A DNA stretch of 64,000 bases, from contig MFAS01000001.1 of NCBI GenBank assembly GCA_001774685.1, positions 801,444 through 865,443 on the forward strand, in the 5' to 3' direction. This DNA comes from Candidatus Collierbacteria bacterium RIFOXYD2_FULL_45_13 (GTDB lineage Bacteria > Patescibacteriota > Microgenomatia > UBA1400 > MFAQ01). Below, piece after piece: positions 51,567 through 60,416 of this stretch. The number at the start of each line of letters is the position of its first letter. Positions within the stretch are counted from its first letter, which is position 1. A model generated the notes under the pieces. The model worked only from the letters and a program-made list of their open reading frames with translations, was not told the origin of the DNA and searched no databases. The position numbers were made by a program, and so were the translations under genes.

Positions 51567-53012
51567 TTAGATCTTCTCCACCTTTACTCCATCAAAAAAG
51601 TCGGATATCTTGTACCCTTTCGCTTCTATCTCTTTTCTAAGCGCATCGGACTCGGCCCACTGCTTGGTTTTTCTCATCTCTTCTCGTTTATTTACCATCT
51701 CCATTACTTCAGCAGGTATATCAGCCGGAACTTCGTCTCGTTCAGCAAGTTTGAGACCAAAAACTTTGTCAAAATTCTCCACCAGTCTTCTTTTTTCAAA
51801 GGAATTAAGTTTCTCGTCTTTTAACACTGTGCGTGCGACAGCCAAAGCCGCCGACATATTTAAATCGTCCTCGACAGCACTCACAAACTCGTCTCGGAAA
51901 AAAGCTTCTCTGCCGGACAACTCCACCTCAGCCTTATTCCCAAAGATGTTTTTATCCTGCCCTCCCTCCACTCGAAGCGCCAAAAACTCTTTTTTCAATT
52001 TCTTGTACGAGTTGGAAACCCCCTCCATCCCCTCCCAGGAAAAGTTCATCTGTTTACGGTAGTGAGCAGATAGATAGTAATACCGCAGAGCCATAGGTGA
52101 GTATCCTTTTTCTATGATGTCGTGCAAGGTGTAGGCGTTCCCCAAGCTTTTGCCCATTCTACCACCGTCAACTAACAGAAAAGCCCCGTGCATCCAATAC
52201 CTAACAAAGGGTTTCTTGCCTGTTACAGATTCACTTTGAGCTATTTCGTTCGGGTGATGTGTGCTCTTCAGATCCTCACCGCCGACATGAATATCTAGCT
52301 GATCTCCCAAATATTTCATACTCATAGCACTACACTCAATATGCCATCCCGGGAAACCCATTCCCCATGGACTTTCCCATTCCATGTCCCTCTTCGCTCC
52401 TGCCGGTGAAAATTTCCATAGAGCAAAGTCTCTCTGATCTCGCTTCTCAGTATTTATCTCCACCCTAGCTCCAGGTTTAATCTCTTCCAAATTACTTAAC
52501 TTCCCGTAGATATTGCCTTTTTTCTCATATTCTGCCACATCGAAGTAAATACCATCCGCTATCCGATATGCAAAACCGGCTTTCTCTATCCTTTGAACCA
52601 AATCTATTTGCTCTTTGATATGATCTGTCGCTTTTGAAAAGAGTAATGGTTTAACCAAATTCAACTTTCCAAAACTGTCGACAAAATCCTCTCCATAGTA
52701 TTTTGCAATACCCCAAGCCGTTTTTTTCTCCTTTGCTGCGGCTTTTTCCAGTCGATCTTCTCCGGTATCGGCATCTCCCAGATTATCCCCAGTCAAATGT
52801 CCCACATCCGTCATATTCATCACAGAATCAACCTCAAATCCCTCTATACGCAATGCACGCAAAACCAAATCAGATAAGACATAGGTCCTCCAGTTGCCGA
52901 TGGTGGGATAGCTGTACACCGTTGGGCCGCAAGTATACATTTCCACTTTCCCGGGCTGAAGTGGCCGAATTTCTTCAACTTGCTTCGTAAGAGAGTTATA
53001 GATTTTTAGCAT
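51567..53012 (-). CDS. cysS: Cysteinyl-tRNA synthetase
   Basis: YTCGPTVY, DFALWK, PGWHIECSAMS, HHPNE, RMGKS. Confidence 0.96.
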   Translation of the reverse strand: MLKIYNSLTKQVEEIRPLQPGKVEMYTCGPTVYSYPTIGNWRTYVLSDLVLRALRIEGFEVDSVMNMTDVGHLTGDNLGDADTGEDRLEKAAAKEKKTAWGIAKYYGEDFVDSFGKLNLVKPLLFSKATDHIKEQIDLVQRIEKAGFAYRIADGIYFDVAEYEKKGNIYGKLSNLEEIKPGARVEINTEKRDQRDFALWKFSPAGAKRDMEWESPWGMGFPGWHIECSAMSMKYLGDQLDIHVGGEDLKSTHHPNEIAQSESVTGKKPFVRYWMHGAFLLVDGGRMGKSLGNAYTLHDIIEKGYSPMALRYYYLSAHYRKQMNFSWEGMEGVSNSYKKLKKEFLALRVEGGQDKNIFGNKAEVELSGREAFFRDEFVSAVEDDLNMSAALAVARTVLKDEKLNSFEKRRLVENFDKVFGLKLAERDEVPADIPAEVMEMVNKREEMRKTKQWAESDALRKEIEAKGYKISDFFDGVKVEKI

Positions 53013-53077
53013 CAAGACTGATTTTATCTCACTTTTGCCCCCAAACACAAAAACACCCCCGAAGGGGTGCTCCAACA

Positions 53078-53521
53078 TCAAAAGTCATTCATAAACGCCG
53101 TACGTACCGTTTTCAAGTGTCTTTTGGTCAAAGCTCTGGGATCGTCCATGTCCGCAAAGACGGCATAGAGGTCATATACAAATCGGAAGCCCAACTTTAA
53201 CCCTTCGGCATAGAACTCAGCTGAGCCAGATCGCCGATAGCTCAAGTGAACAAACGAGTCTGCGTCGAAAAATTTATCTGCCGGCATGTAGAGATTGGCC
53301 ATTTCAAGAACCTGAGTTAAATCTCGGCTCCAATCTGCCAAACAATTCATCGCTTGTTCGGACATTTCAGTTAAACCCACCTTTAATCTATCCTCAGCCA
53401 GATTCATCCCTGTCATGATGCCATAGACCAAGGCATTCATATCAGCCGGATGGCACGAATCCGCTCTCATCTGCTCCAAACGAATTTTGGCCCGAACAGT
53501 TAGATCATAAACATCACTCAT
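53078..53521 (-). CDS. Hypothetical protein (accessory unit)
   Basis: TACACCTTGAAAA, GGAGG; terminator CACCCC-TTCG-GGGGTG plus T run (53049-53069). Confidence 0.7.
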   Translation of the reverse strand: MSDVYDLTVRAKIRLEQMRADSCHPADMNALVYGIMTGMNLAEDRLKVGLTEMSEQAMNCLADWSRDLTQVLEMANLYMPADKFFDADSFVHLSYRRSGSAEFYAEGLKLGFRFVYDLYAVFADMDDPRALTKRHLKTVRTAFMNDF

Positions 53522-53593
53522 TTTGCCTCCAACTTTTCAAGGTGTATTGCTTGCCTATGCTACCACACAATCATTTCCAAATCAAGCTATAGG

Positions 53594-54316
53594 CTAGATT
53601 CTGAACGGAACGAATTTGTATCTCTGCTTAGCCTTGAACTTGGCCTCTGAGTACCATTCCTTTCTGGCAAAAAACATCAACAGCCACCAACTAGACCGCA
53701 AAAAACCACCCAATGCCTGGCTCCGGTGGGCAAAGACCGCCCTCCATTTTCTCCTCGCCTCAAAAATTGTCATATTTAGTTCCAACGTAGGCTTATGTAA
53801 ATATTTGGCTGTCCGCTTGTCTACAATTTTTTCTTTCATCCGGCCTTCAAAACTCACCCACAACAAATTCACACCCGTCATTTTTCTCAGAACCCTCAGC
53901 ACGACGAGCGATGCACTGATATGATCCGGATGGCTGGTGACCCCCGATAAATCGTAAGTTACTACCACTCCTGGCTGAGTATCCTTAATAAATGTTGCCA
54001 ATCTCTCCTGCCATTTTTTCGTTCTTCTCAACTTACCATCGTCAAACTTCCACATCACCCAGTCCATCACTGCCAGTCGGCTCATGGCTTCCGCCATCTC
54101 CTGGCGGCGGATTTCGGATACACTTCGCCCTCTCCCATTCACAAAGATTTTTCCTCGATTACCTTCTGTCAAAGTCAGGACCGTGACTTCAAAACCCCAC
54201 GCCATCGCTCGCTGAATAATTCCCCCGGCCATCACCGACTCATCGTCCGGATGCGGAAAAACCACTAGCATTTTTTTGTTGGCTATTTTGTCTAAATATG
54301 GGTCGATTGATTTCAT
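53594..54316 (-). CDS. PIG-L/LmbE family deacetylase
   Basis: PHPDDE, RRQE, HPDH, HRSQ. Confidence 0.9.
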   Translation of the reverse strand: MKSIDPYLDKIANKKMLVVFPHPDDESVMAGGIIQRAMAWGFEVTVLTLTEGNRGKIFVNGRGRSVSEIRRQEMAEAMSRLAVMDWVMWKFDDGKLRRTKKWQERLATFIKDTQPGVVVTYDLSGVTSHPDHISASLVVLRVLRKMTGVNLLWVSFEGRMKEKIVDKRTAKYLHKPTLELNMTIFEARRKWRAVFAHRSQALGGFLRSSWWLLMFFARKEWYSEAKFKAKQRYKFVPFRI

Positions 54317-54501
54317 TGCAACACAATTATTATTTGTGTTGCGGATCGCCTATGGCGATAGATTCCACCTCAACAATACTCAATTATTCCCTTTACGCAG
54401 GAGTCTCGTCGGATTTTACTGGCTTTCGCTTTCCTTCCGCCTTTATCAGCCCGGCGCACGCCTCCGGACCTAGTTTAGAGATGTATTATATACTCTTAGC
54501 C

Positions 54502-56151
54502 ATGAAGCGCTGGCTCACGATAATTTTTCTCTCTATTCTGTCGCTCCTTTTTATCTATCCCTCAGCCTTTATTTACCCCAAAGACACCCTTCCTGACACC
54601 AACGACACCCGCCTTATTGCCTACATCATCGGCCAAGTCCAAAATAACATTCTAGAGCACAAGCCACTACATTTTGGCACCTTCTTCGCCCCTGACAAGA
54701 ATACCCTAGCCTACTCGGACCTTTTTCTAACATCCGCCATCGTTACTCTGCCGGCTCGCTTCTTCACAGACCACCCAATTGTCATCTTTAATCTAACCCT
54801 AACTCTGAACTTTATCCTTACAATCATTTCTTCGTATCTGCTGTTCAGTTATTTTTTCAAGGATCATTGGATCACTACACTGACAGTCATCCTGTTCAAC
54901 TTTTCTGGGTTTCACCTCTCCTACCTCCCTCATCTACAGATATTTTCCCTCTGGCCGCTATGTCTCTCTGTCTATTTTGCTACCAGATATTTACAGGAAA
55001 ACAGATCGATCTATTTACCATTATTTTTCCTGACCGTTACTGCGCAAATTGCCGAAAGCATCTTCCCCGTTTATCTCATTTTCTTCACCTGTACGATCTT
55101 GGCAATTGGTCATATGTCTAAAAGATACCTAAAAAATGTCACAGGCGTTGCAGAAGTGCTGGTCAAAAAGTTCACTATCTACTCTCTTCTTTTTATCCCC
55201 CTCTGGATCTTCCTGTTACTTCCCTACTATCAACTCCACACTTCTCTCCCCGAAGCCACCCGCCCCATCCGCGATGCTGCCCACTTCTCTCTCGGTCTGG
55301 ACCAAATCTTCACCTTTTATCACAGCGGGACAATCATCCTCATTTTCTTCACATCGCTGTTCATATCAAAAATACTTGGCTCTGCAGGAGAGCTAGTCAA
55401 AAAACAAAACGCTGCAGAAGTGCCAGCAAAAAGCCGCGCGGAGCGGATCCGCACCGGTAATCCGGGGACGGAGGTCGAGCACAGCTTTTTGCGCAGTTCG
55501 AAACGTTTTGTTTTTGATATTTGGTGGATAGTGTTTTTCTTTTCCTTTATTATGTCCCTCGGTCCTGTCCTCAAAATCTTTGGCCAGAACTTGCGCATTT
55601 TTGGTTTCCCCATTCCCCTTCCTTACACCCTTTTCTATTACCTTTTCCCCGGCTTTACGGGCTTCCGTACTCCTAGCCGCTTTATTGTCCTAGCTCTTCT
55701 GTCCGCTGTCGTCATCATAGGGTTCCAGCTTAAACCATTTTTTGGAAAACTTAAAACCAAAACTAAATTGATTCTTATTCTTCTAGTCCTCTCTCTGTTA
55801 TTTGTAGAGGCAGATCTGCCTCTCAAGAGTTATCCGGTGAATATCAATATGCACCCCGTTTATCAGGAGGTCACCAGACTTCCAATCGATGCAGTCATTT
55901 TGGAACTTCCCATCAAACTCTGGAACATGCCGGATCATGAAATCGAGTCGGTTCGCTCACTTTATACTCTGTTTCACAAACACCGTCGCTTTGGTGGTTT
56001 CTCCGGCTTCGCCACCAATCGCTGGATTCAGATGGTTCAAGAAATAAACGCTTACGGATTGACATTGCAAATCGTCGAAGCTCTTAGTTCATTCGGCGTC
56101 ACCCATATCATCCAAAACAACACGCTTTCCGATCTGAAATCTGACATCTGA
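54502..56151 (+). CDS. GT-C/YfhO-like polytopic membrane glycosyltransferase
   Basis: N-terminal D..DT, FFAP..NTLAYSD, MSLGP, PGFTGFRTPSRF; start after TATACT. Confidence 0.65.
   Translation: MKRWLTIIFLSILSLLFIYPSAFIYPKDTLPDTNDTRLIAYIIGQVQNNILEHKPLHFGTFFAPDKNTLAYSDLFLTSAIVTLPARFFTDHPIVIFNLTLTLNFILTIISSYLLFSYFFKDHWITTLTVILFNFSGFHLSYLPHLQIFSLWPLCLSVYFATRYLQENRSIYLPLFFLTVTAQIAESIFPVYLIFFTCTILAIGHMSKRYLKNVTGVAEVLVKKFTIYSLLFIPLWIFLLLPYYQLHTSLPEATRPIRDAAHFSLGLDQIFTFYHSGTIILIFFTSLFISKILGSAGELVKKQNAAEVPAKSRAERIRTGNPGTEVEHSFLRSSKRFVFDIWWIVFFFSFIMSLGPVLKIFGQNLRIFGFPIPLPYTLFYYLFPGFTGFRTPSRFIVLALLSAVVIIGFQLKPFFGKLKTKTKLILILLVLSLLFVEADLPLKSYPVNINMHPVYQEVTRLPIDAVILELPIKLWNMPDHEIESVRSLYTLFHKHRRFGGFSGFATNRWIQMVQEINAYGLTLQIVEALSSFGVTHIIQNNTLSDLKSDI
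55363..55520. repeat. Palindromic element inserted in frame
   Basis: ATATCAAAAA...TTTTTGATAT, AAAAACAAAACG/CGTTTTGTTTTT, GCAAAAAGC/GCTTTTTGC. Confidence 0.7.
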
Positions 56152-56181
56152 AACCTGCCCGTCCAGCGGGTGGGTCTGAGA
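56133..56181. repeat. TCTGANA heptamer array interrupted by a short palindrome
   Basis: tctgaaa tctgaca tctgaaa [cctgcccgtccagcgggtggg] tctgaga. Confidence 0.65.
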
Positions 56182-56185
56182 TCAT

Positions 56186-56629
56186 TTACTCCTTCTGCTT
56201 CGCTGTTTCCCCATGCGCCCCAGCCCCCACCTTCTTCAAGAGACTCTGTACAAAACTTTCCTTTTTTTGTTTCTCTCCAGCTTCTTTTTGCGCCCTCTCC
56301 TGTTCCTTCTGATTATTTTCCTTCGCAATTTGCGCATCGAGTTGTTGCTTCCTCTGTCGATACTGTTCCAACTCCCCCAAGACCTGGTTATATCTCTGCT
56401 TATCTTTCTGTTTGGCCGCGGCTGCTTCTTGGTCTCTTCTTTGTTGTTCCGGATCTTTCGGCTTGTCAGTTTGAGGCGCTCCCACGCCACTCGGTGCTCC
56501 GGTAAGCTGTTCAATGGTGTCCCCCACAATATCTCCACCAGCTTTAGCGACGGACTGAACCGAACTTTTCCCTAGTTCAAATAAATTGTCGGCCACTTGC
56601 TGGCCAATTCCTCCCAATGGTGCTGGCAT
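56186..56629 (-). CDS. Q/K/E-rich coiled-coil hypothetical protein
   Basis: ORF with leaderless TAGAAT start. Confidence 0.7.
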   Translation of the reverse strand: MPAPLGGIGQQVADNLFELGKSSVQSVAKAGGDIVGDTIEQLTGAPSGVGAPQTDKPKDPEQQRRDQEAAAAKQKDKQRYNQVLGELEQYRQRKQQLDAQIAKENNQKEQERAQKEAGEKQKKESFVQSLLKKVGAGAHGETAKQKE

Positions 56630-56713
56630 TAATTTATTCTATCTCATGTCTACCCTTGGCGAAACAAAAAAGCCCCTTAGAGAATTAACTCCAGGGGCAT
56701 ACAGAGAACTTAT

Positions 56714-56911
56714 TTATTTCACACCACAATTTTCAAGATACTTGTCAAAGGCTCGACCAATACTATAAGGATCTGGTGTTAATTGGTATAGAACCCCACC
56801 CATCTTACCTGAAATTGGCCGATTCTCATAAACGGCTTTTTTGTACATCCAAGAAAAAAATTGACCAACGCTCTCATTGGGTGACTTGTCATGAATTTCG
56901 TCTTGGGGCAT
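56714..56911 (-). CDS. Small hypothetical protein (accessory unit)
   Basis: AGTTCTTTAAACA, AAGGAG, hairpin 56666-56698. Confidence 0.65.
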   Translation of the reverse strand: MPQDEIHDKSPNESVGQFFSWMYKKAVYENRPISGKMGGVLYQLTPDPYSIGRAFDKYLENCGVK

Positions 56912-57024
56912 CTCTTCTCCTTTTTTATAGAACACTGTTTAAAGAACTCCTCCCGATGGTTCTATGATATCACTAGTTAAATTTTTACCACAAAATACCC
57001 TGCTAAAAATAGCAGGGAGTCAAA

Positions 57025-57330
57025 CTAATCCAATTGATCATGAGGTGCCCACTTATCCTCTAAACGAGTCAATATTTCTCTAAGCTGTTTTCCCGAGATG
57101 GCTCTGTCTGGATCAAAGCCGACAGGCCTGGCGGTCTGGTCAAACAGAAAGAATGTTACACCACCGGCCGCCAGCCTCTTCAACAATTCGTTGTAGGCAC
57201 TAAAGTCCGGATCTTCCCCATCGGAGAGCATCACAACAGTCTGGACGGTATAGTATTCCGTGGCTTCACATCCACCTTTCAAGAGCTGGTCGTTAGACGC
57301 ACTATCATCCACCGGGAAACTGAATGTCAT
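57025..57330 (-). CDS. Hypothetical protein (accessory unit)
   Basis: TATTCTTTGAAA, GAGGTG; hairpin CCCTGCTA-AAAA-TAGCAGGG 56998-57017. Confidence 0.65.
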   Translation of the reverse strand: MTFSFPVDDSASNDQLLKGGCEATEYYTVQTVVMLSDGEDPDFSAYNELLKRLAAGGVTFFLFDQTARPVGFDPDRAISGKQLREILTRLEDKWAPHDQLD

Positions 57331-57379
57331 TTTTCACCTCATTTCAAAGAATACGCTATTTTAGCATAAACTGTGAGTC

Positions 57380-57988
57380 TTACATCTCACCCCTGCCCTC
57401 AAGAGCCCTCGTCAGCGTCTGCCCGTCCGCATACTCGATATCGGCGCCAGTAGGCAAACCGCGCCCAATCCTGGTTACTTTCACCGTCTCTTTCAAACCC
57501 AGCTCCTTAATTCTCTCCATTATATACATCGCCGTCGCCTCCCCTTCCATATTTGGGTTGGTAGCCAAAATCAATTCCTTAATCTCGCCCGTCTTTAATC
57601 GTGCCATTAGCTGAGGGATGCGCAGGTCATTTGGGCCAATGCCCGCCAAAGGGTTTACCGAACCACCTAATACATGATAAACGCCTTTGTAGCCATCGGC
57701 ACGCTCGAAAGCCAATAGGTCTAGTGAAGTCTCCACCACACACACCAAACTCTTATCCCTACTTTCGTCCTCGCAGACAGGACAAAATTCCTCTTCACCG
57801 ACGTTAAAGCATAAGGCGCAAAGCTTAGTGTCCTTCTTTAGATTCTCCAAAGATTGGGCAAATTTGCTCAGCTTCTCCTGCGGAACATTCAGAAGATAAT
57901 AGGCGAGTCTGGCAGCCGACTTCGGCCCAATACCGGGCAACGCCTCAAACGCATCGATAACTTTTTGAACCGGACGGATACTACGCAT
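57380..57988 (-). CDS. recR: Recombination mediator RecR
   Basis: LPGIGPKSA, C4 zinc finger, YHVLGG, EGEATA, ALEGR. Confidence 0.96.
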   Translation of the reverse strand: MRSIRPVQKVIDAFEALPGIGPKSAARLAYYLLNVPQEKLSKFAQSLENLKKDTKLCALCFNVGEEEFCPVCEDESRDKSLVCVVETSLDLLAFERADGYKGVYHVLGGSVNPLAGIGPNDLRIPQLMARLKTGEIKELILATNPNMEGEATAMYIMERIKELGLKETVKVTRIGRGLPTGADIEYADGQTLTRALEGRGEM

Positions 57989-57991
57989 TAT

Positions 57992-58285
57992 TTAAACCCC
58001 CTTTGGCAAGTTTCCCAGCACCTTAGAAAGATCTCCCATGGAGTCCTTCATCTCTTCCGCTGCGTACTTCTGAGCCTTGGTAATGGCCTCATTGATCACC
58101 TTAACTGCCGTATTCATGTTCTCACCACCAATATAAAGCTCTTTCAGCTTACCGTCACCAGTCACTACCGCCTTGACTCCACCCTCTTCAATCTCCGTTT
58201 TGTGACCGGCGATTTTCCTCTGAAGCAGAGCCAACTTTGCTAGCGCCGCGCCCTGTGAACCAAACTGTTTTATTCCGTTGAACAT
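57992..58285 (-). CDS. ybaB: YbaB/EbfC nucleoid-associated protein
   Basis: GGVKAVVTGDG; adjacent to recR. Confidence 0.8.
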   Translation of the reverse strand: MFNGIKQFGSQGAALAKLALLQRKIAGHKTEIEEGGVKAVVTGDGKLKELYIGGENMNTAVKVINEAITKAQKYAAEEMKDSMGDLSKVLGNLPKGV

Positions 58286-58354
58286 TTCTTTAAAATTAAC
58301 TTGTAACGGTTCAATTCTACCAGAAACCCGCTTCCAGGGTAGATACGCAAGGTT

Positions 58355-60154
58355 TTAAAACGTTTCCCCCATTTTGGTGTGATGGGAACCGGTTCTATCA
58401 ATTTTGTTTCTCCCAAACCCTTGCTGGGCACACCACTTTTTGTAATAATTCCCTATTGCCAGTAAGTCCCTTGCGTTCATGGCATCATAATCGCCTTCAT
58501 CGGACGCGGCTCTCATGACTGCCCACTTAGCTCCAGCACTTACTTTCACCTCACCTCGCTGAAAAGCCGATTTAAGAAGGTCCTTAGATTTGGTGTCCGT
58601 TAGGGCATACCAGACCCCCTTCACAAATGTGACCCCAGAAGGATCAGCGGTAAATGTTCTCAGACAAAGGGCTGCCTTCTTTCCGGTAAATTTTAACAAC
58701 ATGTTTTCGTCGACCAAAATTGCGTTCCCAGCCAGGATATCTTCCAACATCCTTCCCTCAGACGCACTACACAGATACCAGTCCCCTCTTAATGCCACCA
58801 AATGTTGATCTGTGTCCAAATGATATGCTTTGAGTGCTAGTTTTAACTCTCTCGGAAAGTTTTGGATCGGCATCAAAGAGGTAACTACGGCAAGCTCCAG
58901 CGCGAATCGGTCTCTGTTTTCCTCCCTGGCAATTGTTTCAAAAAGTTTCACTACTCTTGGGTCCAAAAGAACCTCTTTGGAACTAATCCGTAATCTACCA
59001 CGGGCTGTAAATAAATACTCAGTGTCCATCTCGTTTGTATCGTCGATGTCAAATATGGTTGCGAGCATTCCGTCTCTTTCTTCATCGTCTACATTTTCCA
59101 AGTAGTCAACCAGAGCATCCCTATCCGGTTTGTCCATTAGCTTGATCGCATCTTCCATTCTGGTACTACCTTGTTCAATTTCTTTTCTTTTATCGGCTTC
59201 TCTTTTATATCTGGCTGCCTCCTTTCTCATTTCCGGTGGCATTTGCTGCTTCATCTGTTCGTAAAATTCAGCATTTTCTGTCAAGCTATCCAGAACCACT
59301 GTCCACAAACTGCCTCTAGGATCCCTCGGATCCTCCAGTTCTTTTTTATGTTTATATATTGTATCCATCAACTCTCCCACCTTCCCACTATTCGCCCCCC
59401 CTTGCCCCACACGCTCATTTACGTCACAGAGTATCGAAACATATTTCCTAGTAAAGGGTGCACTCCACCCAGGGTCAATTTGAAAATCTCTCTTAATAAC
59501 TTCGAGAGCGGTATCAAGTTGAGAATGCTTCCTCAAAACTCTCCAACTTATAACCCTTTCGGTAAGGGATGTCGAACATGACATATCCGAAATCAAATCA
59601 ATCGAGAATCTAGCCAAATCCGGTCCTTTCTCAAAACCATTTTCTATATTAGCGCAAACCTTGCCCGCAAAATCTTGATCACCGGCACGAACCTCGGACA
59701 TCCTTAGCCTCATTGCTTCAAATACGGTTCTTACTGCTAGGTTATCCTGAGGGTTTTCACCATCAAATCTTCCGAGTTTCTCTTCAGACCGGGCAATGGA
59801 GTAAAGCATCGAAATCACATTGTCGGGAATGGCGGCCATTCTTTCAATCGGCGCTTGGGAAATATAAGCACCGAGGATCAAAGCTATCTCAGCCACCGGG
59901 GTATTTTCTTGTAGTGGGCGGACGATATCGGTGGAATAGTTATTAAAATCAACCCCCTTTTCTTTAGCCATTTGCTCACCAAGCTGTAACGCCATAGCGT
60001 ATTCATCGGCTCCACCCGCCATTCCATTTTTGAGTCTTTGTCTGGACAGTTCTACCCTAGCTCTGGCAGCCTCCAATTGAGCCAATTTCCGTTGTTTCTC
60101 CCCCTCTGATTCCAGGTCGATTCCCAATACACGTCTAAAAAAGCTCTCGATCAT
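58355..60154 (-). CDS. 599 aa helical hypothetical protein
   Basis: Long ORF with no motif recognised. Confidence 0.75.
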   Translation of the reverse strand: MIESFFRRVLGIDLESEGEKQRKLAQLEAARARVELSRQRLKNGMAGGADEYAMALQLGEQMAKEKGVDFNNYSTDIVRPLQENTPVAEIALILGAYISQAPIERMAAIPDNVISMLYSIARSEEKLGRFDGENPQDNLAVRTVFEAMRLRMSEVRAGDQDFAGKVCANIENGFEKGPDLARFSIDLISDMSCSTSLTERVISWRVLRKHSQLDTALEVIKRDFQIDPGWSAPFTRKYVSILCDVNERVGQGGANSGKVGELMDTIYKHKKELEDPRDPRGSLWTVVLDSLTENAEFYEQMKQQMPPEMRKEAARYKREADKRKEIEQGSTRMEDAIKLMDKPDRDALVDYLENVDDEERDGMLATIFDIDDTNEMDTEYLFTARGRLRISSKEVLLDPRVVKLFETIAREENRDRFALELAVVTSLMPIQNFPRELKLALKAYHLDTDQHLVALRGDWYLCSASEGRMLEDILAGNAILVDENMLLKFTGKKAALCLRTFTADPSGVTFVKGVWYALTDTKSKDLLKSAFQRGEVKVSAGAKWAVMRAASDEGDYDAMNARDLLAIGNYYKKWCAQQGFGRNKIDRTGSHHTKMGETF

Positions 60155-60396
60155 GCTGATTTGTATTTACTAATTTCTATTTCTGCCAAAGGTAGATATA
60201 GTTCTTCAAACTTTGATATCATCTCATTTAACCGTCTCTCAAGCAGATCGTTTGAATAGTTGCCGTCAAAACGGCTATCCAAAAACTCTAAGATCTCCCT
60301 CTCCCTCTCGGATGTCAAGTTGTTACTCCCCTTTAGTTCTTCAACAGTATGTCTGACAATCCGGACGACTTCGTCCTTCAATGAATGTGGTTCCAT
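60151..60396 (-). CDS. Small hypothetical protein
   Basis: TAAAAT 7 nt before ATG; ATGA overlap with the downstream gene. Confidence 0.6.
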   Translation of the reverse strand: MEPHSLKDEVVRIVRHTVEELKGSNNLTSEREREILEFLDSRFDGNYSNDLLERRLNEMISKFEELYLPLAEIEISKYKSA

Positions 60397-60416
60397 ATGG
60401 GGTATTTTACCACTCG

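Noticed and set aside
54440-54475. Resemblance of GCACGCCTCCGGACCTAG to part of a c-di-GMP-I riboswitch
   Set aside because: The GCAAAC/GNRA P2 elements are missing and the downstream gene appears leaderless.
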